Positions 13,980 through 28,573 of a stretch of 64,000 nt of DNA are shown here, one piece after another. Each line of letters begins with the position of its first letter. Position 1 is the first letter of the stretch. Source of the DNA: the human T2T-CHM13v2.0 reference genome, Homo sapiens. The DNA is taken from assembly GCF_009914755.1 (NCBI RefSeq), contig NC_060930.1; one strand, given 5' to 3'. The notes beneath the pieces were generated by a model that saw only the letters and a program-made list of their open reading frames with translations, made no database searches and had not been told where the DNA came from. Position numbers and translations under genes: made by a program.

Positions 13980-14148
13980 TAACTGTTGTATAAATAAGCT
14001 GTTAAAGTGTATATATATACACTGTATATATTTATATATTTAATATATTATGAATATATGATAAATAAAAATATATAATTATATATACTTATATATAAAT
14101 ATATAAAGTGTATATATACACTTTAGCAGCTTATTTATACAACAGTTA
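13980..14148. repeat. Long inverted repeat (~57-bp arms, ~53-nt AT spacer)
   Basis: taactgttgtataaataagctgttaaagtgtata... is complementary to ...tatacactttagcagcttatttatacaacagtta. Confidence 0.97.
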
Positions 14149-17100
14149 TGTATGTATATATATTTCTAAAGAGCACTAATGTAAGATTTTAACCCTTTTT
14201 TTTAAGAAGGAAAAACAAACATGTAAATGAAGAGTTCTATACCCAATTTTTAGACAATAAAATATACCATGGCAAAAAAATTGACGAATTGTAATGCCCA
14301 GTTTGCACTTTAAGTTATTAATAATTCTCATCTCTGTGTTTTCGGACTACCTACTACCAGCATGTACAGGGCTTGCTTTTGTAAAGACAAATACAAAGCA
14401 GAATGCTACTCTAAGTATTATAAAACCTGTTTACTCGGATATTTTAATAGAAAAGAATGTGAATCTAGAATGGCAAATTTAAGGCTAAATTTAAGATTTA
14501 AGTCTAAGGTGTAAAATAACAGATATTATGTGGTAACCTATTTTTAATAAATTCAACTATTAAGTTAGCTATCATTAGGCTTTCAGATATATAATTTAGA
14601 ATAATATATTTAATACAAAATTTTTATGTTTATTGAAAATGCTGTTCTTATATGCTGGGGAAATTCTATTGAAATAAATACCTCTAACAATATTATCAAG
14701 AGTTACTTCTTTCAAATGCAAATATGTTGCACCTACTAAAAGTGTTTGGCATAATATTGTCATATGATTTAATATTTATTTAATATTGTCATATGATTTA
14801 TTCATATTTTAGAATAATTTTATTGCCTCTTACCTGTAATATATGCCACTTTATTTTCATTATTTTCAAAGATAAGGGATAGGTACAACGAAATTCTCCC
14901 CAACTCTCAAAAAATTAAGTTCCTCTATGATAGATGGTAACATTGTACTAAGATAGTAGTAAGTAATATTACATTAATTCAGTGCATACAATTTATAGAT
15001 ATAATACTATTCAAATAAATTACAAATGTAATAGTTTTCTAATTTTTTTGTAGCAGACCAAGTTTTTAATTAACATGGGCAGAAAAATTAGACATTACTT
15101 TCTGAAAAAAAGGTTTATTTAAATAAAATCTAATAAGTATATGTAGGAAATAGCATAAAGTCTGTAACATTTATATTGTCTCCATTCAGCAGTTTTTGAG
15201 ACATTTCTGTGGAGTAACCATTCTACATTAGTAAATATAACTGTTTTGTTGTTAATCTGAAACTAAACATATCTGAATATGGCTTTCTTGCATATTGGGT
15301 GGTTTTGTTGAATCATGATTTCACCTAGAAAATATAGATAGTGTTCTGTTGCTTAATTCTATTAGTTGAATATATTTCTGGGACTCTCTCAAAGACATGG
15401 TAATTTTGTTTTTATTTTTATGAAAACCATTAAGCCTTAGCTTTATAATCTTTACACCGTAAACCATAAGATTAATTTCTGAGCTTTGCGGCTGGTCTAA
15501 CTTTGCATTAATTGTCTTAAATTAACATCTGCAGCCTGGTCTGCATGTTCTGTCATCATTATTTCTGTTTCCATTCATGCCCACACCTGGCATTTAAAGG
15601 TTCCTTTTTTGTGTAACCTATGTAAGAATTGATTTTTCCACCTCATCACCCCATGTTCTTTCAATTTAGAGATTTTTCTGGAAAGCCTAGTTAGTAAATA
15701 ATTGTCAGACAGCTAAACAACCAAGATGTTTGAGTCTAGAATTTGTGTATTTAATAGGGCATATGATATAATAAACATGTTTGAAATTATATTATCATAT
15801 TATGATATATGATATTATGATAGGATATTATATCACATTAAACATGTATATTGGGGTGTTTCTTTTAGTATATCAAATTTCCACACATTTTCTACAGGAT
15901 GCTCAGCTACCACTGATAAGGAAGGAAAAACATGTCTCTAAGCACTTTCAATATCAGCAGGTATTGGCAGTGGGTACAAGGAAGTCACTATTTCCAAGGG
16001 ACATTTCAAACCAGGACTCTTGCTCTAAATTTTTGAGCCTGAAAGAATTTTGGAAATCTGCATGAAAGTCTCAGTCAATGCTATTATCATGGTGGCATTT
16101 ATGATGTTTATGAGGTGATAATTGTTAAGACATCAAAACCTAATATTCCTCTGGGATGAATACAAGTTATAAAATTAATAAAATCAATATTCTTTTTTTT
16201 CCTTTTGCCCAGAGGAAATTACTATTTATATTATGTAAGTATGATCCACCCTGGCATTTGTATGCAGGAAACTGATGTGTTTACCAAGATTTTTAAGAAA
16301 ATATCTAAGGTGATACACATGGCAAATATCTGTCACATTATGCATAGAAATGAATTTTTATATTGGTTTTCAAATGCTAAGTTAAGCTCTTTTGTTATTT
16401 TTCTACCAGAATCAAACATATTTAGGTATCTATTTAAGAAAAATGGCATATATGTATTACTTTTCTGTGTAAATGAGGAGAATTGCTGACAAACATAAGG
16501 CACCTGAACATAAAAAATTTTTGCTGCCTGCTTGCTGATTTTCTAAATGTACACTTTTATCTAAGTGTTTTGTTGTGGCAAGTACTAGAGAGACACAAAC
16601 AAGATCCATTTCAGGAAAAAAAAAATGTCCTTGTAGTACATAGCGGAGGCCACATTGAATAAACATATAATGAACACATCATGTTTTTATATCTCGTAAT
16701 CTAATCAGATTGTCTTTAGAAGCAAATGATAAGGATTTCAACCTTGCTTAAGAAAGGTCTTTATAGTGGTGCTTAGGGAATAAATGTTTGATTTCTTAAA
16801 GATGTCATTAGATATCAAGTAATAGACTAATGATTAGATTTTGTTTGCTTTCTTTGATATCTGGGTTACAGTTAGTTGCATATGGATACAAAAAAAAAAC
16901 AACAACATCAGGCTAAATGTAACTTTGCATCTGACATAGGGAGTTCTTAAAGAAAACTAATTACTTGACCCTTTTTGCACTATAAGGAATTTTAATTAAA
17001 GTGACTTTTTTTATTTGTTAGGTCAGCAATATGTCATAAAAAGCTATATGAATGGTAGTAAATAACATAATAACAGCATTCATTGAATGCTTTTAAATGA

Positions 17101-18629
17101 CACAATATTTTTATGAGAACATTCTCTAAATCATGAAAATTAATTAAAAAAATATTTAGAGTAATTTTTGTATTCTCAGAAACCATATTTTTTCTTCTAA
17201 ATAAGAAAATAATCTGTCAACCTCAAATTAGAACACCTATAATTCTATGAGCCTTCAATCCAAATATTAAAGTTTTAATATAAAGTCAAGTATTTTACAA
17301 AAATAGTCAATAAAACAAGAGTGTTGGCTATTTAGAGTACACATAGTGGATCTGTTTATCTTAAACAGTGTTATGAATCAACATAGGTCAACAGAATGAA
17401 CCAGAAGAATGCATGACTTTAAAAGTTTATTTTCCTTGAGAAGATGATAAAGTACTTACTAAAATATTACCCAGGTCTCTCCTTACATTGCGTGAATCTT
17501 AGGAAAATATAAGTTAACACAATGTATATTCATTTCCTTTATTCAAGCAGCCTTGAGAGAGAAGGGACCAAAGGAAAGATGCCATTAATCTAATGAATGA
17601 AGAGCTCCTGTGTTCCTGGGGAATGGGGAATGGATGGGAACAACGTAGAAGGTGAGGTGGGAATGCCTACGAAAGGTTGAAGTCTAGATCACAAACTTGG
17701 CTCCCAGCATGCACTGGCAGCTCATCCATGCAGTGTGATGGATGACACTCCAAACCCAATTCTTCACCTCACGTTCTCCCTTAGAAAGGAATGAGACTTG
17801 CGTCTTGATCCAGGAAAGAACATCTGTACCCTAGAAGCCATTGGCTATATTTATTTTCAACAGTGCATTTCATTACAGCCAGGGATGCACAGGTTTATTT
17901 ATTCATAACACTAAATGCTCTCCATTCCCTCTTTTCCTGGCTAATATAAAAGTGTGCCCAATTTAGAAGAAATGAACAAGAGAGTACTGAAATATGCCCT
18001 CTGTGTATTACTGAAGGGATCCCAGGAACACTTCAGCAGTACCAGGTTAAATCTGAACTCTGCCTATGTATTTTCTATAATGTTGAAAATTGGAAGAACA
18101 AAATAGTCTTGGCATTGAACTGACATTTCATTTTGTTTGAGTCTCAGTTCCACTTTATAAAAGAGCACCACAAGCCGGAAAGCAACCAGCTTAGATTGGT
18201 ATGTGTGCTGGTGCCAAGAGAGCTAATCAGAGTCTAGCATATGGGGCATTTGAACAAGGAAATGGATGTTAACTATCTGGTTGTGCATTTGGACTGCTTC
18301 AGAATCATTTGGGTTTTGCTTGGTAATCTGAGAGGTAGCCAGGAGGGGATAGAACAGCTGTGGCCACTCTACCTGTAAGTGCCTTAATTACACCCTTTGG
18401 CCTTCCCACCTTCCCCACCTGAATATTCCTCTTTGGCTTCATGGGGTGCTTTTCTAAACTGCCTAAGAACTATTTGATGAAGGCTCATTTCTAGATTCAG
18501 GAATAAAATTGTTGTTGATGTCCTACATTCAAATTCAGTGAACATTTATTGAATATCTACTATACATCCAGCAACATATAAATTCCATCCATTGAGATGC
18601 AAAATAAAACAGTTTTCAAAAGCAATTCT

Positions 18630-18842
18630 GAAGCCTGATCATACTGGTTTGAATCACAACTCCTACCATTTTCTGAGGTGTGACTGCAGGCATTTAACTT
18701 CTTTAGATGTGTTTCATTTTCCTAATCTGTAAAATGTAACAGAAGTTAGCAAAATATTGTTAAATAAATAAAGTAAATGTAGGTTATATGTGTGTACTTA
18801 GACCAACACTAGGCACATTAAAAGCACATAGTAAATGCCTGA
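18630..18842 (+). mobile_element. MIR
   Basis: ctggtttgaatcacaactcctaccatt...tctgtaaaatg...gcacatagtaaatgcct. Confidence 0.7.
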
Positions 18843-18879
18843 TGTCACACACACACACACACTCCCTTGATCAGTATAA

Positions 18880-19050
18880 TATCTCTTGTTATACATATAG
18901 TGTTATTCTCCTTTTGCTGATAAGAGAACTGAGAGTCAAAGAAATGAAGTATATATTCCCATGGTCATGAACTTAGAAAGCAGCAGTTAAGATTCAAAAT
19001 GAAGGTTGTATATTTCATGATTCATTTTCTTTTCATAATACCATAATAAC
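18880..19050 (-). mobile_element. MIR
   Basis: ttttgctgataagagaactgagagtcaaaga...cccatggtca...gattcaaa. Confidence 0.6.
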
Positions 19051-19297
19051 TTTAAGGTATTTCCATCTCTAGTCAGGAAGATTGCTTCCAAAATGCTCTG
19101 CAGACAGTTTCATCATGCTCTCTTTTCTTTTCTCTTTGTCTCTTTATCTTTCTTTATCTTTTATTTCTTTTTTTTCTTTCTTTCTTTCGCTTTCTCTCTT
19201 TTTTCTTTTTCTTTCTCTTTCTTTCTTTTTCTTTTTCTTCTCTGCAATGGCTGTCCTCACTTAGTCTATCTTTCTAACAGTTTAAAAGATACATTTG

Positions 19298-21312
<2,015 letters not shown>

Positions 21313-21620
21313 TAATATATTCTGTGAGAATTTACTGAGCATTAACTATACAACACTAGTGTAAGTGCTGCTTAAGATAGAGATGAAATAAGAATACTCC
21401 ATGCCTTCCAGAAAATTAAAATCTGGTTTAGGAGATGAAACACACAAATATCTGTCTGTAGTATAAGATAGAATATTAATGGCATAAACTCTTAGAAGTA
21501 AAATACTAAATAAAATGTTAGAAGTAAAATACTAAGGGGAAATAAGATTGGTGTCTTTGAGAAACTGACACCTAAAAATGGGCCCTGAATGTGTGGTTGG
21601 ATTTCAGACAAAAAAGATGG

Positions 21621-22340
21621 TGACATGGCTTGGTTCTGCCTCACAACCCAAATCTCACCTTGAATTATAATAATCCCCACATGTCAAGGGTAGGACCAGG
21701 TGGAGATAATTGAATCATGGGGATGCTTTTCCCCCATACTGTCCTTGTGATAGTGAGTTCTCATGAGATCTGATGGGTTTTTTTTTCATTGTTTTTATTT
21801 TTATTTTTTATTATACTTTCAGTTCTGGGATACATGTGCAGAACGTACAGGTTTGTTACATAGGTATACATGTGCCATGGTGGTTTGCTGCACCCATCAA
21901 TCCATCATCTACATCAGGTATTTCTCCTAATGCTATCCCTCTCCTAGCCCCCTACTCCCCAACAGGCCAACAGGCCCCGGTATGTTCCCCTCCTTGTGTC
22001 CACGTGTTCTCATTGTTCAGCTCCCACTTAGGAGTGAGAACATGTGGTGTTTGGTTTTCTGTTTTTGTGCTAGTTTGCTGAGAATGATGGTTTCCCAACC
22101 CAAATGCCCATCAATGATAGACTGGATAAAGAGATTTGATGATTTTATAAGGGATTTCCCCCTTCGCTTGGCTCTCATTCTCTCTCCTGCTGCCCTGTGA
22201 AGAGGTGCCTTCTGCCATGATTGTAAGTTTCCTGAGGTCTCCTCAGCCTTGCAGAACTGTGAGTCAGTTAGATGTCTTTTCTTTATAAATTATGCAGCCT
22301 CAGGCATTTCTTCAAAGCAGCATGAGAATGGACTAATACA
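21621..22340 (+). mobile_element. THE1 (THE1C/D-like) MaLR solo LTR, interrupted by L1PA
   Basis: tgacatggcttgg...gagaatggactaataca, with perfect 5-bp TSD gatgg (21616-21620, 22341-22345). Confidence 0.93.
21778..22130 (-). mobile_element. L1PA (PA7-like) 3' end with 5' inversion
   Basis: Antisense 3'UTR at 21778-22095, then a sense piece caacccaaatgcccatcaatgatagactggataaa. TSD gagatctgatgggttt / gagatttgatgatttt. Confidence 0.93.
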
Positions 22341-22491
22341 GATGGGAATTGAAAGATTTATAAGACAAAAAGTACAACATAAGGAAATCTACATGGAAAT
22401 GAAAACACGTTGGTAATGTACAGAGGATAGTCTACATTTCAATTTGTGAAGAGCATGAAATACACACATAAAGGGAGTAAGGATTTCAGTT

Positions 22492-23253
22492 ATGTATAAT
22501 GGAACTGTATAGTTCACATACAATTCCTGACAAATGGAAGCTTCTGTGTACCTATTCCTTGAGCAGAGGAAACCATGTGGTTTTCATGTTATTTGCCCAC
22601 TTTTCTAACCTCTTTCTTGTCCATAGCCACTACAATCTGCAGTGGGCAGAGTCCTGTGAATAGCCTGTTGTGGAAAGCCCTGTTCTCTCAAACAGTACAG
22701 ATTACTCAGATGAATGAGGTTTTGTCTCCTGGAAAATTGAACAATGAAATAAGGAGACAATCAGGCAAGGCCAAGGGAGGCATAACAGAGAAAGGCCAGG
22801 AGGCAGAGAAAGGCCATGAGGGAGCAGTGGAAGCAGAAGTTACAGCTATTTTCAAGTATAGAGAAGCTGTGATTAAGCAAATGTTTAGTGGATGTTTGAG
22901 AAAAGACTGATTGAGGTGAGAAGATAATACAGCCAATAAAGGGGAGTCGGCTGGTGGAGGGATAATTAGTCAAAAAAGACACTGAGAGAAGCTGACACTT
23001 AATGGATACCTAAGCCACGTTAATGAAGGTGTCATAAAGTCAGGAAGATGCACCAACTCCAGCTCTTAGGGCTTTTGGAGCAAAAAGTTGAGAAAGAGCT
23101 GTGTGGATCCTGAACAATGTAAAACTTCTCTTCTTTGATTCCTATGAGAATGTTTTTCTGCCTTATTGCCATGTGTAGCTACATTATAAATCCCCATTAT
23201 TTAAGACTGCCTGAGTGAACTGCTGATGCTTGCAATTCAAAGAGCCTTGTACA
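22492..23253 (+). mobile_element. Old ERVL/MaLR-class LTR (family uncertain)
   Basis: Starts TGT and ends ...ataaatccccattatttaag...cttgcaattcaaagagccttgtaca, like LTR16/MLT1-type 3' ends. Confidence 0.5.
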
Positions 23254-24614
23254 ATTTGCCCTCTAGTCCTTAGCTTCCTCAACTATGATGCATCAGATAG
23301 TGGACTTGCTACATGTTTTCTAAGGCCCTATATAGTGATGAAAAAAACCTATGATTTTTTTGTTGGATGATTACTTGCATATTTTCCACATAGAAAAGTA
23401 TTATTGCAAAGTAGCCCATTGTTATATTTTGACAGCTGGGGACAGAAAAAAACTTGTTTAGTGATAACTAATGCAACTGGCTTTTTTTGTCCTTTCATTT
23501 CATTTGGTGCTTTTGTTTGATGTTGTATGTCTTGTCCATGAAAGATGCTACCATCCTGGAAAGATGGGAATTTAATTGCTCTCATCAAACATATTGCCTA
23601 ATAAATTGCTTACTCTGGCAGAGAAAATTAAAAGCAGCTTTGATGTGAACAAAAGCTTTTTTAATATGGCAGATTTTATATGATATATATGTATATAACT
23701 AGATTTCTTTATATCATATACCATCTGTCATTGAGTATTGGCATGATGGCTGCAGTTGATGTCATGTGCATAAATACAAAGGTAAATGGATCTTGTTTTG
23801 TGTGTATGTACTATTTTAATATTTTTCTGTTAAAGAAAAAATATGATGATAACATTTTGAAATGAATTTGTATTTATAAGATAGAGAAATCTTGTAATTC
23901 CACTTCATTTGTAATACTCAGTTTTACTTTCCTAGATTTAGTGATGCAAAGCAGGTCACTTAAGAGCAATATTAAAATAAGGCAAACTTTCTCCTCTCAG
24001 TTGTGCCCATCTACTCAAACACAATTCAAATTATTTTATGCATTAGTAGAATTTGTTTCTTTCACTCTAGAGGAAGATTTTTCTTCAAGAAAATCAATTC
24101 TCAGGTTTTCAAATAAAAATGGTCTAGTTTAATGCAATTTCACAGAACTTATTTTTTTTCTCATAATAAGACTAAAAAAGTCTGCTTTGTACATCAGGAA
24201 ATATTTCCTTAGCATTAGGAGACAGTAGCAAAACTAACATTTTTAATGCTGTAAGAAATATGAATATAGGACTATTTGAGGAACAAAATCTAGAAGAACA
24301 AAGTCAAAAGAATGAATCATTTCTTCTGTGAAGTAAATAAGCATCAAAGTTGTTACTAGCTCCTTCTGTACTGTACAATTGTTTCAATTTGTACATCTTT
24401 AGAGAATATAACAGATCTTCTAAATCAGCATAACTACCCAAAGTTATAATATACCTAGAAAACTCAAAGAGAAAGAGAAGGAACTGGCATTATGGATAAG
24501 TGCAATGAGGCATTCGCAACTAGCTACAGTTGTGATTTATTTACAACTATGTACACACATACACATCAAAAATTGCAAAAATGCAAGATTACAGAACCTG
24601 ACTTTTAGTTACAT

Positions 24615-24698
24615 AATCCTCTTTTATGTAGTTACATCACCACTTACTGAAATGTTGAGATTTCAGTAAGTGGAGATGTAACTACATATAAGAGAATT
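24615..24698. repeat. Fold-back inverted repeat (~39-bp arms, 6-nt loop)
   Basis: ctcttttatgtagttacatcaccacttactgaaat-gttgag-atttcagtaagtggagatgtaactacatataagag. Confidence 0.97.
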
Positions 24699-25127
24699 CT
24701 CGTTAGTAAACCAGCATTTCTCATTTCCTAAGCTCTGAGTAAGTACCTTTTCATTTGAAAAGTGAAGTAGAAAAATCCAACTCAAATACTTATTTCTCAG
24801 CTATATGAATAATTGAGCAAGTTTATAATAATCTCCTTATAACCCTTAGGCATGATTATAATGTAAAGAATTGAGATTTCCCCAAAATAATCAACATTAA
24901 TAAATTAGTAAGATAGACGTTTGGTCAAAAGTTATCGAATTTTCAAAATCATTTGTTGCTATGTGTTTTTGGTAAACTTTAGAACAGTTTTTTAAAATAG
25001 ATATTAAAATGTCTGAAATTGTATATGTGTGTTTATATACGTATGTGAGTATGAGTATGTGTATATTCAGTGTACAAGAATGTTAGTCCACTGGTCCACT
25101 ATGATAAAACATATTCATGTCTTTATT

Positions 25128-25400
25128 CAATCATTCAGTCATTCAACAAATAGTGGCTACAGAGTCAAATGTACTATGCCATCTTGTAGTAATGAGTAAT
25201 TTACATACCCTAATCTCAAGCAATTCATATCCTCAAGAGGATACAATACAAATAAAAAGGTAGCACAACATAATGAGGTAAATGTGATACAGGGTATTCA
25301 TAGAATTGTTTCCACTTAAAGAACACATGCAATTGATGTTTCATATTAAGGGCCTTGTGAATATGGTGCTCTAGGCAAAGAGTATAAGTGACCATGGATT
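25128..25400 (-). mobile_element. L2 3' fragment
   Basis: attcaatcattcagtcattcaacaaata...ccctaatctcaagcaattcatatc. Confidence 0.65.
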
Positions 25401-26334
25401 AACTTCTAAATGCACTGCAAGAAATTGGAACCAGGTGGAAAAAGGTGACACATTATGAGCAATGATGAACAAAGAATTGGCAAACAAATAGGCAAATATA
25501 AATAATAGATGATTCAGAAAATAAGTTTGAGGCAGCTACAGTGAAGACAAAAGTAAAATACAAAACAGGAATAACAGTATCATTAGAGGTAAGAGCTGTA
25601 CAATCATGTGGTGGAGCAAGCTAACATAAAATTTTTCCTCCTGGAAACAAAAAATGATTAACTTTTGAACAAGGGAGGAAGTATATTTTTAAATTACTAT
25701 TATTAAAATATAAAATTAGAGGAAAGAAAAGAGGGAGATTAAAGCCAACTCATTCACATTGCAAGTTACTGTAACAATGCAATGCTGGGTTTTAGGGTTG
25801 AGGTTTGGGAGTTTAGTCCTGAAGCTGGGCGCCTACACCTAGCCATGTGTGCTTCTATTCTCACCCAGGAATAAGAAGCAATAGGTCAGTGTAGGGCATA
25901 AATTTGGAACTGAAACGCCTGCATAAAGCCAAAACCTGAAATAGATGAGTCTTCCATGGAACAGAGACTAAAAAATAACTCAGAGAAAGAAAAGTTTGAC
26001 TCTACCCAAGAGTATGAATCGAAAAAAAAAATTCTTTAAGAAATAAAAATTCAAAGTTTGTTTTTACACAGCATATAATGTATACATTTTACTCTCCTCA
26101 TGGTACAGAGATCTCCAAGTAGACATTGTAACATAAAAAGTGATCTTGAGGCAATGAAACACCTTGGACATCTGGAAGGGCCAAATCCAAAACTGCTCTG
26201 AAGGAACATTTCCAAGCTACCTGGAAGTAGAGACCCATAGGGAAAAAATTGCCTCTCAGGATGAGTCCAACTCCCTCTCCACCCTGCACCATGACAAAAG
26301 TCATTGACACTGAGAGTTAGAAATCATAAGTAGA

Positions 26335-26640
26335 TGCCTGTAATCCAGCACTTTGAGGGGCTGAGGCAGGTGGATTGCCTGTGCTCAGAAGTTTGAGACG
26401 AGCCTGGCCAATATGGCAAAACCCCATCTCTACTAAAAATAAAATTAAAAAAAAAACAAATTAAAAAATTAGCCAGGTGTGGTGGCACATACCTGTAGTC
26501 CCAGCTACTTGGGAGGCTGAGGCATGAGAATTGCTTGAACCCAGGAGGCAGAGTTTGCAGTGAGCCGAGATCCTGCTACTGCACTATAGTCTGGGCAAAA
26601 GAGCAAGTCTCTGTCTTAACAAAAAAAAAAAAAAAAAAAA
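26335..26640 (+). mobile_element. Alu (old S/J type), ~20 bp 5'-truncated
   Basis: tgcctgtaatccagcactttg...; expanded middle A tract; long A tail. Confidence 0.95.
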
Positions 26641-27094
26641 AGAGAGATATCAAAAACAGAAGAGTCAGCAACCATGTCTGAGAACCTGAAATAATGGGAC
26701 AATCTGGGAAAGAACATGAAATATGGATTTAAACTCAATGGCAGCAAGAATCTTTTTGTCCATTTTATTCACAGGGTTGAGGATAATTCTAGAATTTGTT
26801 GAATGGATTGATATGTATAAAAACTAAGAAATGTAAATAAAAATAGGGTTTTAAAAATGAATATGAAAGAAAAAATGAACAGGCAAAGTTGAAAAAGAAC
26901 AAAATAGAACTGCTGGAAATGAAAACTATAGATATTAAAATTTAGAAATATAAGAGATGGTTTAAAGGGACAATTGGACAGAACTATGCCCAAGAAACAA
27001 AACTTGGGGAAAATTCCCCAAATGTGACACAAGTGAAAAAGAGGTAGAAAGTATGAAAGGATAATTAAGACATACGGAGAATTAAATGACAGAA

Positions 27095-27198
27095 TCTATC
27101 AATCTATCTGTCTGTCCGTCTGTCTGTCCCTCCGTCCATCCATCCATTCATCCATCCATCCTTCCTACCTACTTACCTACCTACCTACCCACCTATCT
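27095..27198. repeat. Compound tetranucleotide STR (TCTA/TCTG/TCCA/CCTA)
   Basis: Read directly from the sequence. Confidence 0.9.
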
Positions 27199-28222
27199 GA
27201 AATAGGATTTCCAGAAGGAGCTGAGAGAAAGAATGAGGAAGCAGTTATATTTAAGGAGCTAATGATAGATAAATTTTCAGTATTAATAAAATATATGAAT
27301 TTTCAGATTGGAAACCACAGTTAATTCTGAGCAGATTATGTAAAAGCAAATTTAAGTATTGATGTTATGAACAAATAAGTTATAATTAGTTGAACAACAG
27401 GTATTAGAAAGCAACATTGGAGGCTAGAAAACAATAGAATGGTATCTTCAAACTGCTGAGAAGAGTAATTTTCAAACTAGAACTCTAAATCAGAATTGCT
27501 AAATTGGTGATGAAAATTGAGGCTAAAGTACAGTTATTTTCAAGCCAACAAAGACTGCAGAGGTTTCTATGCACAGACACTCTCTGAACTACTAAAAAAT
27601 GCACTTCAGGAAGAAGAAATTGAAACTAGGTGGAAAAGGTGACACATGAGCAAGGGTGAACAAAGAATTGCTAAACAAATAGGCAAATTTAAATAATTAA
27701 TGGCTCAAAAATAACTTTGGGGCAGCTAAAATAAAGAGGAAAATATAATACAAGAGGAATAAGAGGGTATCATGGGTAAGATCAGTACAAGCATTCTCAG
27801 CTCTTTGTGTTAGGGGGCAAAATAGACATTTCCATTAGTCTTTTATTTTGTTAGTGTAAAATATGAATATAACCTAAAATGTAAAGATCATCAGAATGTA
27901 AATAGATGCAACTATGAAGCTAATAGAGTGGAGGAATTAAACAATTGATCAGGCTATCGATAAGAAAAATAGAAAAAAGCATAAACTAAAAACAACCAAA
28001 TCCAAGGAAAGATGTATATGTAAAAGCTTGAAAGCCAGAAAGAGCAGTCACATGTGAGAGCTGCAAATAGTTCAAAATGACTGGAGAAGAGGCAGGTTGA
28101 GGTGTGCAGGGGCGGGGAGGATCAGGGTACAATTCAGGATAAATGTAGAAAGGTTATCAAGAGCCATAAATATCTTTATGTTCATATCAAAAGCCACAGA
28201 ATTGTTCTAAGATAAGTGGAGT

Positions 28223-28438
28223 AGCAAGGCCTGGTGGCACATACCTCTAGTCCCAGCTAGTTGGAAGGCTCTGGCAGGAGGATCACTTGAGCCCAGGAGT
28301 TTGAAGCTGTAGTGCACAATGATTGCACCTGTGAATAGCCACTGCACTCCAGGCTGGGCAACACAGGGAAACTGCATGACACACACGCACACGCACACAC
28401 ACACACACAGAAAAGAAAGAAAGAAGAAAAGAAAAAAA
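28223..28438 (+). mobile_element. FAM (fossil Alu monomer, 7SL-derived) with (CA)n and A-rich tail
   Basis: A single monomer containing cacctgtgaatagccactgcactcc, a 7SL-like segment absent from dimeric Alus. Confidence 0.85.
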
Positions 28439-28479
28439 GTGAAGCAGCCCATATTTGGGTGCATTGAAAGATCATTCTA

Positions 28480-28573
28480 AACATGGCACATACATACATA
28501 TGTAACAAACCTGCACATTATGCACATGTACACAAGAACTTAAAGTATAATAAAAATATGTATATATTTAAAA
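28480..28573 (+). mobile_element. ~94-bp L1PA 3' terminus with perfect 13-bp TSD
   Basis: aacatggcaca..tgtaacaaacctgcac..agaacttaaagtataataaaaa; TSD aaagatcattcta at 28467-28479 and 28574-28586. Confidence 0.93.

Larger units (their letters stand above)
21320..22470 (-). mobile_element. L2 fragment hosting the THE1 LTR
   Basis: atttactgagcattaactata...ccatgccttccagaaaatt...; L2-like sequence continues after 22345. Confidence 0.6.
25800..27990 (+). mobile_element. Ancient HAL1/L1M ORF1-region remnant
   Basis: A-rich degenerate ORF1-like sequence (gaaatgaaaactata...ataggatttccagaaggag...atcttcaaactgctgagaag...). Confidence 0.65.

Noticed and set aside
18006-18041. Imperfect hairpin tattactgaagggatcc-ca-ggaacacttcagcagta
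   Set aside because: Short, with several mismatches; probably a decayed hAT MITE core or chance.
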